DNA of 64,000 bases from positions 1,248,001 through 1,312,000 of the forward strand of contig CAVZJV010000014.1 in the NCBI GenBank assembly GCA_963775685.1. The letters run 5' to 3'. Both the position numbers and the translations under genes were made by a program. Under the pieces are notes generated by a model, which worked only from the letters and a program-made list of their open reading frames with translations, did not search any database and was not told the DNA's origin. The stretch is from Candidatus Bathyarchaeota archaeon. GTDB taxonomy: Archaea > Thermoproteota > Bathyarchaeia > Bathyarchaeales > Bathycorpusculaceae. Positions 28,910 through 40,387 of the stretch are shown piece by piece (position 1 is the stretch's first letter; each line of letters starts with the position of its first letter).

Positions 28910-29209
28910 AATTGAACCTCAATTAGTAGAAGATAAGCTTGGATAGTGGTATAAAAGAGGTTGGGAGAAAAAATCGCGGTTAACTGGGTGATTTAAGTGT
29001 TTTTTATTAGAGTTGATTTATTCGTATTGTTCTAAGCGAATATCCATTCATTCAACAGGTGGATTTTGACACTTATTTATCAACGTGTCCATGACATAGA
29101 CAAAAAAATGTCTAATCACAACGTTAAAAAGAAAAATATCTATGGGAAAGCTACGGAAACTTTTTTATCCCATCAGCCTAAACCATGAAATCAATACGGA
29201 GGAAAATAA

Positions 29210-29380
29210 ATGGCTAAATGTCCAAAATGCGGAACCGAAGTAGCAAAGCCAAAGAAAACTTGGAAAATGGCGGGTCGTCCAGACAAAGCTGGAAAACGCA
29301 TGCAACTAGAAATCGGACTCTACGAATGCCCAAAATGTGGCAACGTATTCCGCGAAGTGCTAAGTAAACAAAAAATCTAA
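29210..29380 (+). CDS. Cren7-like chromatin protein with zinc ribbon (56 aa, missing from ORF track)
   Basis: GGAGG RBS; MAKCPKCG...KTWKMAG...IGLYECPKCGNVFR resembles Cren7 KVWALA...IGLFKDP..GKYFR. Confidence 0.8.
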   Translation: MAKCPKCGTEVAKPKKTWKMAGRPDKAGKRMQLEIGLYECPKCGNVFREVLSKQKI

Positions 29381-29486
29381 AACTGCAACCTAACACAGGT
29401 CTTGCATTCTCATTTTATCTTTTTTTCCAAAGCGGTAGTTTTAAAATCAAGCGTTTGTTAATGAACTTGCACATTAGGTTCGGCAG

Positions 29487-30155
29487 ATGGCAAAATTGAT
29501 TGAATTAAAGAAACTTTGGAAAAACGACTACTTCAAAACTGCAATCGCCATCTTCTTAGTCATCGTCATTGTAGTAGGGTTTTTCGTAGGTATAGAACTA
29601 GTTCTCAGTACAACGGTTCCGATAAGAGTTGTGGAGAGCGGTAGCATGTGCGTGCCCTTTGATGGCAGATGTGACGGCTGGAGCCATCCCTTTGATCAAA
29701 CATTGCATGTTGGCGACATAATAATTATTCAGCAGGTTACTCCAGCGGACCTAAAAGTTAACTACCCTAACAGCGACATCATCGTCTACAAAAATCCTAA
29801 CGGAATCACACCCATTGTTCACCGAATAGTTGAAAGACAAGAAATCAACGGCACACTTTATTTTAAAACCAAGGGCGATGGCAACGGACCTATAACTTAT
29901 CCTGCAGTTCCCAACTACTACGATAACATTCCTGATTCAAGAGGAGTTCCCCAAAACCTCATTGAAGGTAAAGTAATTTTGCGTATTCCATGGTTTGGTT
30001 GGATAACTCTTTTCATGAGGGGCAATTCTTGGGCTTTGCCTCTGGTTGTTGCGCTTATAGTTTTGCTTGTGGTTATCGAGTTTGTGATGCCTGTGATTAA
30101 GCAGAAAAGAAATAAGGCTGCAGCTCAACAGACCCAGAAAATTAATCAAGCATAG
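29487..30155 (+). CDS. Signal peptidase I (Sec11 type)
   Basis: VESGSM, VGDIII, IVHR, KTKGDGN. Confidence 0.9.
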   Translation: MAKLIELKKLWKNDYFKTAIAIFLVIVIVVGFFVGIELVLSTTVPIRVVESGSMCVPFDGRCDGWSHPFDQTLHVGDIIIIQQVTPADLKVNYPNSDIIVYKNPNGITPIVHRIVERQEINGTLYFKTKGDGNGPITYPAVPNYYDNIPDSRGVPQNLIEGKVILRIPWFGWITLFMRGNSWALPLVVALIVLLVVIEFVMPVIKQKRNKAAAQQTQKINQA

Positions 30156-30224
30156 ATGTATTTATAAAGAAAGCATTTGATAAATGAACATTCAAGAAAG
30201 GCGATATGTAAGAGGAGAAATTGT

Positions 30225-30785
30225 TTGCCAAAGGTAAAAGCTTCAATAAGCGTAGAGAATGTGGTCGCTTCTGCAACTCTCAACCAGAAAGTCGATTTAA
30301 ACGCTGTTGTGAAAGGTTACCCAGGTGTCGAATATCGCCCTGAACAATTTCCCGGCTTAGTCTTTCGACTAAAACGCCCCAAGACTGCCACGTTAATCTT
30401 TAGTTCCGGAAAGATGGTGTGCACAGGCGCCAAATCTGAAAAAGAATCACGACGAGCCGTGATGAAGGTTGTTAAGGAACTTAAGAAAGGCGGCATAATA
30501 ATAATAAGCAAGCCAGAGATGAAAATCCAAAATATTGTAGCTTCAGGGAGCTTAGGAGGCATGATTGACTTGGAAAAAGCCGCTTACACCTTGGAGCATG
30601 CAATGTATGAACCTGAACAATTTCCCGGCTTAATTTATCGTATGGCGGAACCTAAAGTTGTGATTTTGCTTTTTGCCAGCGGAAAGTTAGTTTGTACAGG
30701 CGCCAAAAAAGAGCAGGATGTCTACGTTGCAGTGGATAAATTGCATACACTACTTGAAGATACAAGCCTAATATTCTACGAATAA
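30225..30785 (+). CDS. tbp: TATA-box binding protein
   Basis: Two repeats ENVVAS...YRPEQFPGL / QNIVAS...YEPEQFPGL; TTG start inferred. Confidence 0.97.
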   Translation: MPKVKASISVENVVASATLNQKVDLNAVVKGYPGVEYRPEQFPGLVFRLKRPKTATLIFSSGKMVCTGAKSEKESRRAVMKVVKELKKGGIIIISKPEMKIQNIVASGSLGGMIDLEKAAYTLEHAMYEPEQFPGLIYRMAEPKVVILLFASGKLVCTGAKKEQDVYVAVDKLHTLLEDTSLIFYE

Positions 30786-30790
30786 ACCAG

Positions 30791-31432
30791 TTACTTCCGC
30801 TTTTTAGCCTGCTTTAAGATAGTCTTTAGGCTTTCCTCGTCTATTGCACCCATGTCAAAGAGTGTATTTGCGACGTCACTTACCTTCAGCAGTGCATGAA
30901 GTTTGATTCCGTTCTTCTCTAGCAACTCTTTTCCGCCTTCTTCGCGGTCCAAGAAAACAACCGCTTCCGTGACAACTCCACCTTCGGCACATACAGCATC
31001 TGCAGCTTTTTTAAGTGTCAAACCAGTAGTCAGCAAATCATCGATGAGCAAAACTTTGTCTCCTGAAACTAAGATTCCTTCCACTCTGCGTTCTCTCCCA
31101 TGCAGTCGGATACCTTTACGCACATAAAGGAAGGGCTTTTTGAGGTTGTAAGCGAGTTGGGACGCAAATGGGATTCCAGCTAGCGGTATAGCTGCGATGC
31201 GTTCAAAGTTTTTGTTGCCGATTTGGCTGGTTATGTAGTGGGCGTAGGATTCACAGATTTCATGGAAGGCATCGGGGAAACTGGGAATTACTCTTAGGTC
31301 GATATAATATGGGCTCGCTTTTCCGCTTGTGAGTTTGAAGACTCCAAATTTTATAGCATCGATTTTAAAGAGAATGTTTGCCATTCTCTCTTGCTGGGAC
31401 AGGCTTGAGTTTGGGGTTTTCATAATTTTCAC
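30791..31432 (-). CDS. pyrE: Orotate phosphoribosyltransferase
   Basis: FKLTSGKASPYYIDLR, LIDDLLTTG. Confidence 0.93.
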   Translation of the reverse strand: MKIMKTPNSSLSQQERMANILFKIDAIKFGVFKLTSGKASPYYIDLRVIPSFPDAFHEICESYAHYITSQIGNKNFERIAAIPLAGIPFASQLAYNLKKPFLYVRKGIRLHGRERRVEGILVSGDKVLLIDDLLTTGLTLKKAADAVCAEGGVVTEAVVFLDREEGGKELLEKNGIKLHALLKVSDVANTLFDMGAIDEESLKTILKQAKKRK

Positions 31433-32118
31433 TCCCTCTTTGAAACCTGGTAAATCTTGTTTTGTTCAGGAATCAAGCATGCAGTCCGACGAAGCTCATT
31501 CTTGAGTAGTTCAGCAAACTCCCTCTGGCTTGCCGCTGTAGCCGTATGGTATGGAACGGCGATTTGTGGTTTAGTTAACCTTGCAATTTCAAAACCTGTT
31601 TGCGGTGTAGCACCTGGAGCAATGCCGACTGTGCAGAAAACAACATCAAAATTCTCTTTCAAGCCCAACTTTGCCAGCTCAGGGAATGGTAAGCTGTCCG
31701 CGGTGTGATAGACTTTGACTTTATCTTCGCTGGTTATGATGTAGGTTACTGGAGCTTGGGCGGGGTGGTTGCTTTTTTCTGCTTTTATGGAGACTTCGCC
31801 GATTTCTGTTTCCATTCCTGGTTTAATGGCTTGGAGTTTTTCTTTAGGGATGGCGAGCTGGAGTTTTTTTGCTGATGCAGCGTCAGCGATTACGGTGCAG
31901 TCTGTGGCTTTCTGGATGTCTGTGATTAAGGGTGGGTCTAGGTGGTCGTAGTGTTCGTGGGTGATGAGGATAGCGTCGATGTTTTGGAGTCTTTTGGCTT
32001 TGACGTCAACTGGGTCGATAACAAGCGTTTTTGATGGGGTTTTTAGAAGAATGCCAGCGTAGTTGTTGAGCCAAACAAACAGTATGCTGTTCTTCTCAGG
32101 CGTTTTATTGACGGACAA
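31429..32118 (-). CDS. MBL-fold metallo-hydrolase
   Basis: THEHYDH, HTAD, VPYH motifs. Confidence 0.88.
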   Translation of the reverse strand: MSVNKTPEKNSILFVWLNNYAGILLKTPSKTLVIDPVDVKAKRLQNIDAILITHEHYDHLDPPLITDIQKATDCTVIADAASAKKLQLAIPKEKLQAIKPGMETEIGEVSIKAEKSNHPAQAPVTYIITSEDKVKVYHTADSLPFPELAKLGLKENFDVVFCTVGIAPGATPQTGFEIARLTKPQIAVPYHTATAASQREFAELLKNELRRTACLIPEQNKIYQVSKRE

Positions 32119-32409
32119 ATCTTGATTTCCTCACAAATAACTATGATAGCTGCATTTTAAAGAAGTTATGCATCCCTCAATGGCGCGCGTTTCTTGTCCT
32201 ATGTTTATCAGCCGAATTTATTTTCGTCCTTATGCTTTGTTTGGTGTTTATTGTGTTTTGCCATTTGAGTCGGGTTTGGGTTGCAGGTGTTTGTGAAGTT
32301 AATACTAAAGCTGCAGTAAATATTCAGGTAAACCTTTTTTTAAGTTCAAAATTTTGATAATGCTTAATAGTTTCTTAGGTTGAGTACATTCTAAATTACG
32401 TGACCTGTC

Positions 32410-33693
32410 ATGGTTGATGTTTGGCTTCCCTACGGAAAAACCGACGTGTGCGTTCGTGTTCCAGCCCGAAATCTGCTTGGCACACTTGAACCTAAAGATC
32501 AACAAGGAGTCGCCGATTCAAAAGCCGAAGTGGAACGCGCCCTAAAGGAACCCATCGGCTCCAAACGTTTAAGCGAGATTGTTAAACCTGAGAGTAAAGT
32601 GGCGATTGTCGTAGATGATGCCACACGCAAGGCTCCTAGCGAAGCGATGCTTTTACCTGTGCTGGCTGAACTCAATGCGGCAGGCATTAAAGACGAAAAC
32701 GTGACGATTATTTTTGGCTGCGGAACCCACCGCGTGGTAAAACCTGAAGAAGCCGCAGCCTTACTCGGGGAGGAAGCTCTCAAGCGAGTAAAAACAATCA
32801 GCCACTGCTGTACTGCTCAGGATTTAGTTTACATTGGCTCAACTAAGACCCATAATAACAAAGTAAATCTTAACCGCGTCTTTGCTGAAGCAGACGTAAA
32901 AGTGCTCTTGGGCGATGTTGGCTTCCATTATTATGCAGGTTATGGAGGCGGAAGGAAAAGTATCCTGCCTGCAGTATGCGGCGAAGAAACCATCAAAAAC
33001 AACCATGCCATGCTACTAAACGCCAATGCCAAAGCAGGAAACCTGCAGAACAACCCCGTACATGTAGACATGACTGAAGCAGCAAGATTAGCTAAAGTGG
33101 ATTTTATTGTTAGCGTAGTTGAGAATAAGAAGGGCGAAATCGTAAGGGCATTTGCCGGCGATTTGGAGGAGGCGTTTTTGGAGGCGGTGAAGTTGGTTGA
33201 TGAAATGTACCTTGTAACGATTGACCGACGAGCAGACATAATCGTAGTGAGCGCGGGTGGGCACCCAGCGGACATAAACCTGTATCAGGCTTACAAAGGC
33301 TTAGACAATGCATTGGATGCGGTTAAACGAGGTGGAGTAATTATCCTTGTCGCAGAATGCCCCGAGGGACACGGTAACCGAGTGTTCTACGATTGGATGA
33401 CAAGGCTTGGGGACCTCAAAAACGTAGAACGTGAGGTTAAACGTAACTTTGTTATGGGCGGACACAAAGCATACTATCTGCTCAAAGCTCTGCAGAACCA
33501 CCAGATAATCTTGGTCTCATCAATGCCAGACTACTACGCAACCAGCATATTCAAACTCAAAACGGCGCGGGCGGTCAACGACGCCTTGGCAGAAGCGCTC
33601 AAAATTGCCGGTTCAGCCTCCAGAGTTTGGGCAATTCCGTGGGGCAGCTACACTTTGCCTGTGTTTAAGGCAGCCGAAGAAAGTAAAACCTAA
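32410..33693 (+). CDS. larA: Nickel-pincer-dependent lactate racemase family protein
   Basis: DDATR, GTHR, HYYAGYGGGRKS, YQAYK, AECPEG; substrate may not be lactate. Confidence 0.85.
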   Translation: MVDVWLPYGKTDVCVRVPARNLLGTLEPKDQQGVADSKAEVERALKEPIGSKRLSEIVKPESKVAIVVDDATRKAPSEAMLLPVLAELNAAGIKDENVTIIFGCGTHRVVKPEEAAALLGEEALKRVKTISHCCTAQDLVYIGSTKTHNNKVNLNRVFAEADVKVLLGDVGFHYYAGYGGGRKSILPAVCGEETIKNNHAMLLNANAKAGNLQNNPVHVDMTEAARLAKVDFIVSVVENKKGEIVRAFAGDLEEAFLEAVKLVDEMYLVTIDRRADIIVVSAGGHPADINLYQAYKGLDNALDAVKRGGVIILVAECPEGHGNRVFYDWMTRLGDLKNVEREVKRNFVMGGHKAYYLLKALQNHQIILVSSMPDYYATSIFKLKTARAVNDALAEALKIAGSASRVWAIPWGSYTLPVFKAAEESKT

Positions 33694-33792
33694 ATATTTC
33701 GCTCGCTAAATCAGCTGGAAATCGAGCGGTCGAGTTTTGAAGCGTAACCTTTAAGTTTCAACGGCGAAATTTGGTTTAGGCAAGGCGAAACG

Positions 33793-34272
33793 ATGCAACA
33801 AACCTTCACGATGCGAAAATTCATTCCCGATGATTTGCAAAGCGTCATGCAAATCAACCGAGTCTGCCTCCCAGAAAATTATACTGACTTTTTCTTTGTG
33901 GATTTGCACCAGCGTTTCCCAGAAACTTTCATAGTAGCGGAAGAAGATGGAAAAATCGAGGGGTATATTATGTGCCGTATCGAAGTGGGATTGTCTAATT
34001 TTGGGTTTGGCGGCTTAATCCGCAAGGGACATGTAGTTTCAATTGCTGTGTTGCCGCAGAGTAGGCGCAAAGGCATAGCTTCAGCACTAATCAAAAAGGC
34101 ATTGGAAGGCATGGAGTACTACAAAGCTAAACAGGGCTTCCTTGAAGTTCGCGTCACAAACGAAGCAGGCATATCACTTTACAAGAAACTGGGCTTTGAA
34201 ATAACCCGAACAATCAACGGTTATTATTCCGACGGCGAAGACGCCTACGTCATGACTAAAAGATTAAACTAA
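33793..34272 (+). CDS. N-terminal acetyltransferase (Ard1/RimI family)
   Basis: LPENY, GHVVSIAV, RRKGIA, LEVRVTN, YYSDGEDA. Confidence 0.92.
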   Translation: MQQTFTMRKFIPDDLQSVMQINRVCLPENYTDFFFVDLHQRFPETFIVAEEDGKIEGYIMCRIEVGLSNFGFGGLIRKGHVVSIAVLPQSRRKGIASALIKKALEGMEYYKAKQGFLEVRVTNEAGISLYKKLGFEITRTINGYYSDGEDAYVMTKRLN

Positions 34273-34342
34273 TTTTTTTCCAAAAGATTGTACGTAAGTT
34301 TTTGCCCAAAAAAAGAGAAGGAAAGATTATTTTATCGTGTTT

Positions 34343-36929
34343 TTACGGTCGTTTTCTGAGTGCTAACAATACTAAGGCGCCCACTATGGCAATGGCAACT
34401 ATTATGCCTACGACAGCGGGAACAAAGTACATGTCTGCAGCGGATTGTGGAATCGGCGTTGGCGCTGTGGTACCTTGTGGAGGATTGTCTACTGCGAATG
34501 CTGTTACAGCATGAGATGGCCAATAGGATTCAGAGCCGCCGAATGTAGCGTAAACTGTGTATTTTCCGGTGATGTCGGGTTTCCAGTTGAAACTAAAGAA
34601 GCCGTCAGAATCGGTGGTTGCTGCGCCGATATTTCGTTGGTTTCCATTTGATTCGATAACGTCAATTGATACTGGTACACCCGTCATATCGCTTGGTCTT
34701 GGTTTCTGCATGTAAACATACTGCATCCATGCACTCATGTTTGCATCAGAAACTGCTGGAACGCCTTGGGGAAAACGAGCAGCTTGCTCTGCTTGGTTTG
34801 TTCCTGCGGAAGTATCCATCACGGTGCCCTTTATCATTACGCTATTACCTTCAACTGCAGTTTCTGGCGACGCTGTTACTTGGGTTTCGCTTGGTCCTTT
34901 ACCAATAGAGTATATTGAATTGTCGTAGAAGTTGTAGTAGACAAAGAATCCGTCTGCAAGAATACTTGTTGATACTCCGTGACCGCCGATAGTGCCAGCC
35001 CAGCCGTCCATTTTCCAGATTCCGTCTCCAGTTGTAGCGTTGATGCAGTGAATGTGGTAGCCTCTATACAGTGGTGAGTTGGGAGAGTGTTCATTGTTGA
35101 AGGCATAGACTTTGCCATCAGCGATAGCTGCTAAGAGTATAGGTACATAACCCCAAGGTGACTGAAGACCAGTGTATGTGTCGTTGTATTTCCAGACCAG
35201 ATCGCCAGTTTTTGTGTTAATACAGAACATTTCTCCGCCGTAACCCTGCGTGTAAATGTTGCCATAGGCAGTAACAGCTCTTTGACCTGCACCTGAACCG
35301 CTGCTAAAGTATTGCAAGTCGCGCATTTCGACGTTGGTTGGTCCCCAGAGTTCGCTCTCCGCTGTCGACGCTAAAACCTATCCATTGGAAAGTTTCCGCT
35401 TCAGCCATTGTCCAAACGCGGTTCACTGGGTCCAGTGGACCAAAAGTTAAGCCTATGTCGCATGCGGGGGCTGAATAGTTCTTTAGCCAAACAAGTTGAC
35501 CTCGAGATGCTGGTTTGTCACTTATTGCCCATACGGTCCATGGGTCTGTCATGCCTCTATTGGCCATACCGTAGGTTCCAGTTGTCACTGGGGAGCTTAT
35601 ACCAATAATGATGTCGCCGGGTAATATGTAGATAATTTGTGGGTTGGCAGTTCCTGCTAGATCAGGTATAGTTACGTTCCAAGAGTATGCTTTGGAGGTG
35701 TCAATTACTTTATTTAGTGGTCTCCATTGCCCGTAGTTAGTGTCTGTTAAGCCATTTCTTGTGTCATTTGCTAAAGTCCAGTTCCAAGTGTCAACCAGCG
35801 GCCGGGGTAATTCATGACATATCGCACTATTTCGCCGTTATCGTTGTATACTTCGGTGCCTGTTGGTACGTTGGTTAAGTTGTAGAGCCAAGTGCCAGAG
35901 AATCCGTCTTTAGCGCTCCAAGTAGTTCCTGAAATTTGCCATATCAAACCGCCGTTTACACCATGCTGGTTTTGTGATTCGTAGTCGTAGAGTTCTCCTT
36001 TGCTAGAACTGTAGCCTCCACCAATTCCTATGTCTTGTCGATACCAGAGTTGTTCGCCGGTGCGTAAGTCAATACATGTGTATCCACCGCTACCGCCAGA
36101 GTGACCCAGAGGCATTGTGAAGCAAAGTCTTCCCTGCATAATCATCGCGTCGCCGAATCTACCTTCATATGAACCACCTGAGTAGTATGTGCTACCGTTT
36201 ACTGGGGTGTCACTGATTCCTCCAACGACTCCTCCGAACTCAACCGGCTTTGTCCAAACTATATGACCAGTGTTTGGTCCTGTTCCAGATTGCTGCCAGA
36301 GGTTAAGACGGTTACCAGGTGTCGCAAATGTACCGAAGTATGCTTCACGGAGCCAATGTGATGATATCGTGTACCATCCGATGTTTTGTCCTTCTATTGG
36401 TCGTGTCCAATATTCGGTTGGAAGCGGATAGCTATAGAGTGGTGCAGGTAGAGGGTCTTGCTGGACTGTAAAGGTCAATGTTCGGGAAGCAGGTAGAATT
36501 ATTGTTTCTGTCCATTGCCTTTGAGTAGCAGTTGCGTTCCCAAATGTATGTTTGTCCAGCGTACTCAAACACGGCAGTGTAGACGCCTACTTTATTTGGA
36601 ACGAAAGAGGTGAAGGTTACGCCTGTTGTGTCGTCTACAACTGGCCAACTTTGCGTTAAAGCTACGTTTCCGTCGGGGTCGGTAATGGTAAGTTTGTAGT
36701 CGTGGCGTCTGACTGGATTGTCGTAATTTGCATCGGCAAAGGGTGCGTCGACCCACATTGAAATATCTGTTTGTTGGCCCACGCCCACAGGGTTGGGCTC
36801 AATGTTAAGATAACAATATGAGGTGATGCTCCTTGGATCTACGGCGTTTGCGGGTAAGAATGGAACAAGTGTTAAAACCATTGCAAATATTAGAAACAAA
36901 GCTATTGCTATATTTTTAATTTTGTTCAT
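34343..36929 (-). pseudogene. Large secreted PQQ-like beta-propeller surface protein, split by several frameshifts
   Basis: Signal peptide MNKIKNIAIALFLIF; TGxxxW propeller repeats; C-terminal Ig-like region, TM helix and LRKRP; four consecutive ORF fragments. Confidence 0.8.
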
Positions 36930-37405
36930 TTTTCTTTTCTCCTTATAGTACACCTAAAAATGTGTGCATTCTTTTTTATCTCTAAAACTCTACTTAAGCA
37001 TTACATGAAAGACTGAAAGACTCGCTAAGCGTTCAACTTTCCAAAGTTGAAGCATCAAATCTAAGGAATTACGTAAACTTATTGCTTAGACAAGTCTTAA
37101 AAAATTGTTCTTTTTTAGTGTCAGCAACAAATCGAACTAAGTTAACTAAAAAAGGAATATTATTCGCTTCTGGGAACCAAAAATACACAAACCAATTAAA
37201 AACCCTTATTCATGAGAATTAAAATTAATTGTTGGTCAGGTTTAACTCCGCAAACCATAGAGAAGGAGAGAAAAATGCAAAAACCTTTTCTTCGTTTGCA
37301 GGCTGGCCTGCCCAACAATTGGGGGTTGCCTTACTCCTTTCTATCAATCACTATCTCTTCTTTGAGATATAAAATATTGCTGGCTACAATCGGCAACAAC
37401 AGACA

Positions 37406-38086
37406 CTAAGGCACTATAACTTTTTTATGCCTAAACCATTTTTTGGTTGAGCTACCATCCGCTTCAACGCTAACGGAACAGCAAAATTTGCCGTAACAAT
37501 CACCGCCAACAAGCCAAAACGTAAGGCACTTGCCAAGGAGGCGGTGTCTACGAACACTTGAAAGTTTTGGGCACCCGCGATCAGATTCATCATTCCCATT
37601 CCTATCGTTAACATGGTCAATGGGAAGAGCAGCATACATGGAAATTTTTTCTTTTATTCTAAACAGCAATACATAAGAAAACACTAAAGTTGGTCCAAAA
37701 AAGACCAACGCACCCAAAATGCCCCATGGCCAACCCAACGGATTCAGCTCGATGGCTAAACCTGTTACGTTTATTGCGTAGACAGTTGTTAATATGTCGA
37801 ACATCCAAAATCCTAAGGCGACGCCTTGAAAAGAGAAGAGCAGATTCCGCCATTTCTGCGAAACATCAATTGTTGAGGGGTTGATTTTTTTCAGTTCAAG
37901 AATGACTATACTGGATGTGGGGATAAAAAGAATGAGCAGATAAATAAAGCCCAGCCACGCGTCGCCGCCAAGCATGAGCGCGGCCGCGTTGAATATCCAG
38001 ATCAAGCCCGTTGCAACCAAAAAGCCTTGGGATAAACTCTTCAAAGAACCCATAAACCACGTCTCGTCCCAATTGATTCTACGCAA
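37406..38086 (-). pseudogene. Membrane protein (DUF5658-like), frameshifted near 37620
   Basis: DILTT...ELNPLG motif; hydrophobic continuation in ORF 37414-37635. Confidence 0.6.
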
Positions 38087-38295
38087 GGAGACCTAAATAA
38101 CCTTTATTCCCAAACCCAACTTCAAGAAGGCGTGTTCAACAATGCGACAAATTCGGCAGATGTCGAATTGTAAGGTGGAAAAGCAAAATCATTCTCGAAT
38201 TCAATAAGAAAAGAGCAAAAAGAAAATATTCTTAGTAGCTTTAAAGTAAAAACAATATCCTCTATATAAGAAAATAAGAAATGAAAAAGTTGGGT

Positions 38296-39162
38296 TTAAT
38301 CAGCTTTTGGCTTAATTTTATCTGCGGCGCTGCTTAGGCTACTCATTTCTGCGTTTGCTTTACGGATTATGTCGGCGATGGTGTCTTTTGTGGGTATAGC
38401 TGCACTTACGGATAGTGAAACTGCTTTCTGGTGGGCTCGTTGCAGCAGTGGCTTAATGGTATCTTTGCTTGCATAACCTATTTCTAGGGCTAGTGCAAAG
38501 GCTTCTGAGTTGCTTGCTTGAACGCTCTTGCGTGTTGCTTCAACGTCAACTTTGAGTTGGTCACCCGAAATAATCATGCCGTTATCGAAGACCGCACGCA
38601 TGGATATGCCGAGTTCAACGGCTTTTATTCCCAATTTTGAAAGTACACCAGCTAAGCGTTCGTTGATTACCTCACCCTTCCGTACGACTAAGGTATCTTT
38701 GCTGATCCATACGCTACCTGATTCAATGCGGGTTGGTAAGCCGACGGCGTTTAGTTGGCTGATGACTGGACCAGGAGGTTGCCCTGTATTGCTTGCTGGA
38801 ATAACTACATCCATAGCGGCTATGTCGTTGGCTTTAGCGGTTGTTTTAACTTTGCCGCGTTCCAAAAGCAAAGCCAATTTGAAAGGGTTAAGGTCGGTGA
38901 AGAGGTAAACATTTGATCCATCCAAGTATTCCTCAAGCTTTTTGAGTTCCGCTTGGTTCATGTCTTCTATGGCAATTTTAATGAGTGTGTTCTTTAGAAC
39001 GCGAAGGTAAACTTTGCCTGCCATGCTTTTCTTTAGTTCTTGAAGTTGGGAAGCGCGAACCTTCCTTAAGCTAGCAATGCCAATTGATTTGTATTCTTTA
39101 AGTATGTCTTTTATAGACTCTACTTCTGTTGATTTTGCTTCTAATACTTGTTGGGATGGCAT
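38296..39162 (-). CDS. rplP0: 50S ribosomal protein uL10 (P0)
   Basis: KNTL, NTGQPPGP, LSKLGIK; follows uL1. Confidence 0.96.
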   Translation of the reverse strand: MPSQQVLEAKSTEVESIKDILKEYKSIGIASLRKVRASQLQELKKSMAGKVYLRVLKNTLIKIAIEDMNQAELKKLEEYLDGSNVYLFTDLNPFKLALLLERGKVKTTAKANDIAAMDVVIPASNTGQPPGPVISQLNAVGLPTRIESGSVWISKDTLVVRKGEVINERLAGVLSKLGIKAVELGISMRAVFDNGMIISGDQLKVDVEATRKSVQASNSEAFALALEIGYASKDTIKPLLQRAHQKAVSLSVSAAIPTKDTIADIIRKANAEMSSLSSAADKIKPKAD

Positions 39163-39176
39163 AATATTCTTCTCGT

Positions 39177-39830
39177 TTAAGCTTTAATTTTGACTGGTTC
39201 ACCCATGGATGTCTTGATGAAAGCATACTTTACGTTTTTTAGCCCCCGTTTGAGTTTTCCATCAAGCATACGGAGAACAGTCATTGTATTGTCGACTAGT
39301 TCGTCATCTTTCATCTGTTCGGAGCCAACAGAAACTTGAATGATTGGTTGACTTCGCATACGTACAACCACTGTCTTGCGATGCTTGTTTATGAGGGCTG
39401 CAATGTCAGCGTTTGGTGGGACCGGAATGGGCATTTTACCTCGAGGACCCAAAACTGGACCAAGAATCTTTCCTACTAGCGGCATCAGGGGCACTTCGCA
39501 AACAAAAACGTCATATTCAGTGGCGAGTTTACGCAGTTCCTTCTTTTTGCCTACTAACGAGTCTAAGTCTGCGCGTTCGATGACTTTGTCAGCTTGAGAG
39601 TTCTTTGCTTTTACTATGAAGTCTCCGCTGGAAGCAACAACGCAGATTTTGTTGGGTTTACCAGTTATATGTGGGAGTTCTACAATCTCCTGGATTTTGC
39701 CTTCTGGCGCTTTCATGTCGATCTCGATGATGTCGAGGATCAAGTCTACGGTCTGGTTGAATTTTTTCTGTCCAGACTTTGCCTTTGCCTGTTTAATTGC
39801 TTCAGATATGGTCTTGTTGTCTAGGGGCAT
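39177..39830 (-). CDS. rpl1: 50S ribosomal protein uL1
   Basis: KFNQTVDL, LGPRGKMP, KTSMG. Confidence 0.97.
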   Translation of the reverse strand: MPLDNKTISEAIKQAKAKSGQKKFNQTVDLILDIIEIDMKAPEGKIQEIVELPHITGKPNKICVVASSGDFIVKAKNSQADKVIERADLDSLVGKKKELRKLATEYDVFVCEVPLMPLVGKILGPVLGPRGKMPIPVPPNADIAALINKHRKTVVVRMRSQPIIQVSVGSEQMKDDELVDNTMTVLRMLDGKLKRGLKNVKYAFIKTSMGEPVKIKA

Positions 39831-39885
39831 TTTTAAGCCTCGTGCCAATGAGGGATTGGAAACCCATTATAAAAATATTCGCTTA

Positions 39886-40377
39886 TCATTGTTCAGTACC
39901 GAATAGTTGTTCGTAATTGCCAGCGTCGACTTCTTTCTGGACTTCACGGGGGTCTTTGCCTTCTACTGTAACGCCTAAACTTACACAAGTACCAAGCAAC
40001 TCTTTTGTTGCCTTCTTAACAGTTGGGGCAAGTAGCTGGGGACCTTTAATTTTTGCTATCCTCACCATCTGCTCCATAGAAAGGTCGCCAATTTTAACGG
40101 AGTTGGGTGTACCAGAGCCTTTCTCAACCTTTAGTTCAGCGACAATTAGTGCGGATGCTGTGGGGGTACCGACAGTAACTTCAAAGGTTTTTTCTTCAGT
40201 ATCAACGCTGATTTTAACTGGAACTTTCATTCCAGCATATTCTTTTGTGACTTCGTTGATTTTGTTCACAATAGCTACAATGTTGACGCCTAATGGACCA
40301 AGGGCTGGACCTAAAGGTGGACCTGCGTTGGCTTGACCGCCGCTTACTATTAATTCTACAACTTTTGTATCTGCCAT
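39886..40377 (-). CDS. rpl11: 50S ribosomal protein uL11
   Basis: GPPLGPALGPLG, GTCVSLGV. Confidence 0.97.
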   Translation of the reverse strand: MADTKVVELIVSGGQANAGPPLGPALGPLGVNIVAIVNKINEVTKEYAGMKVPVKISVDTEEKTFEVTVGTPTASALIVAELKVEKGSGTPNSVKIGDLSMEQMVRIAKIKGPQLLAPTVKKATKELLGTCVSLGVTVEGKDPREVQKEVDAGNYEQLFGTEQ

Positions 40378-40387
40378 TTTGTTTCAC

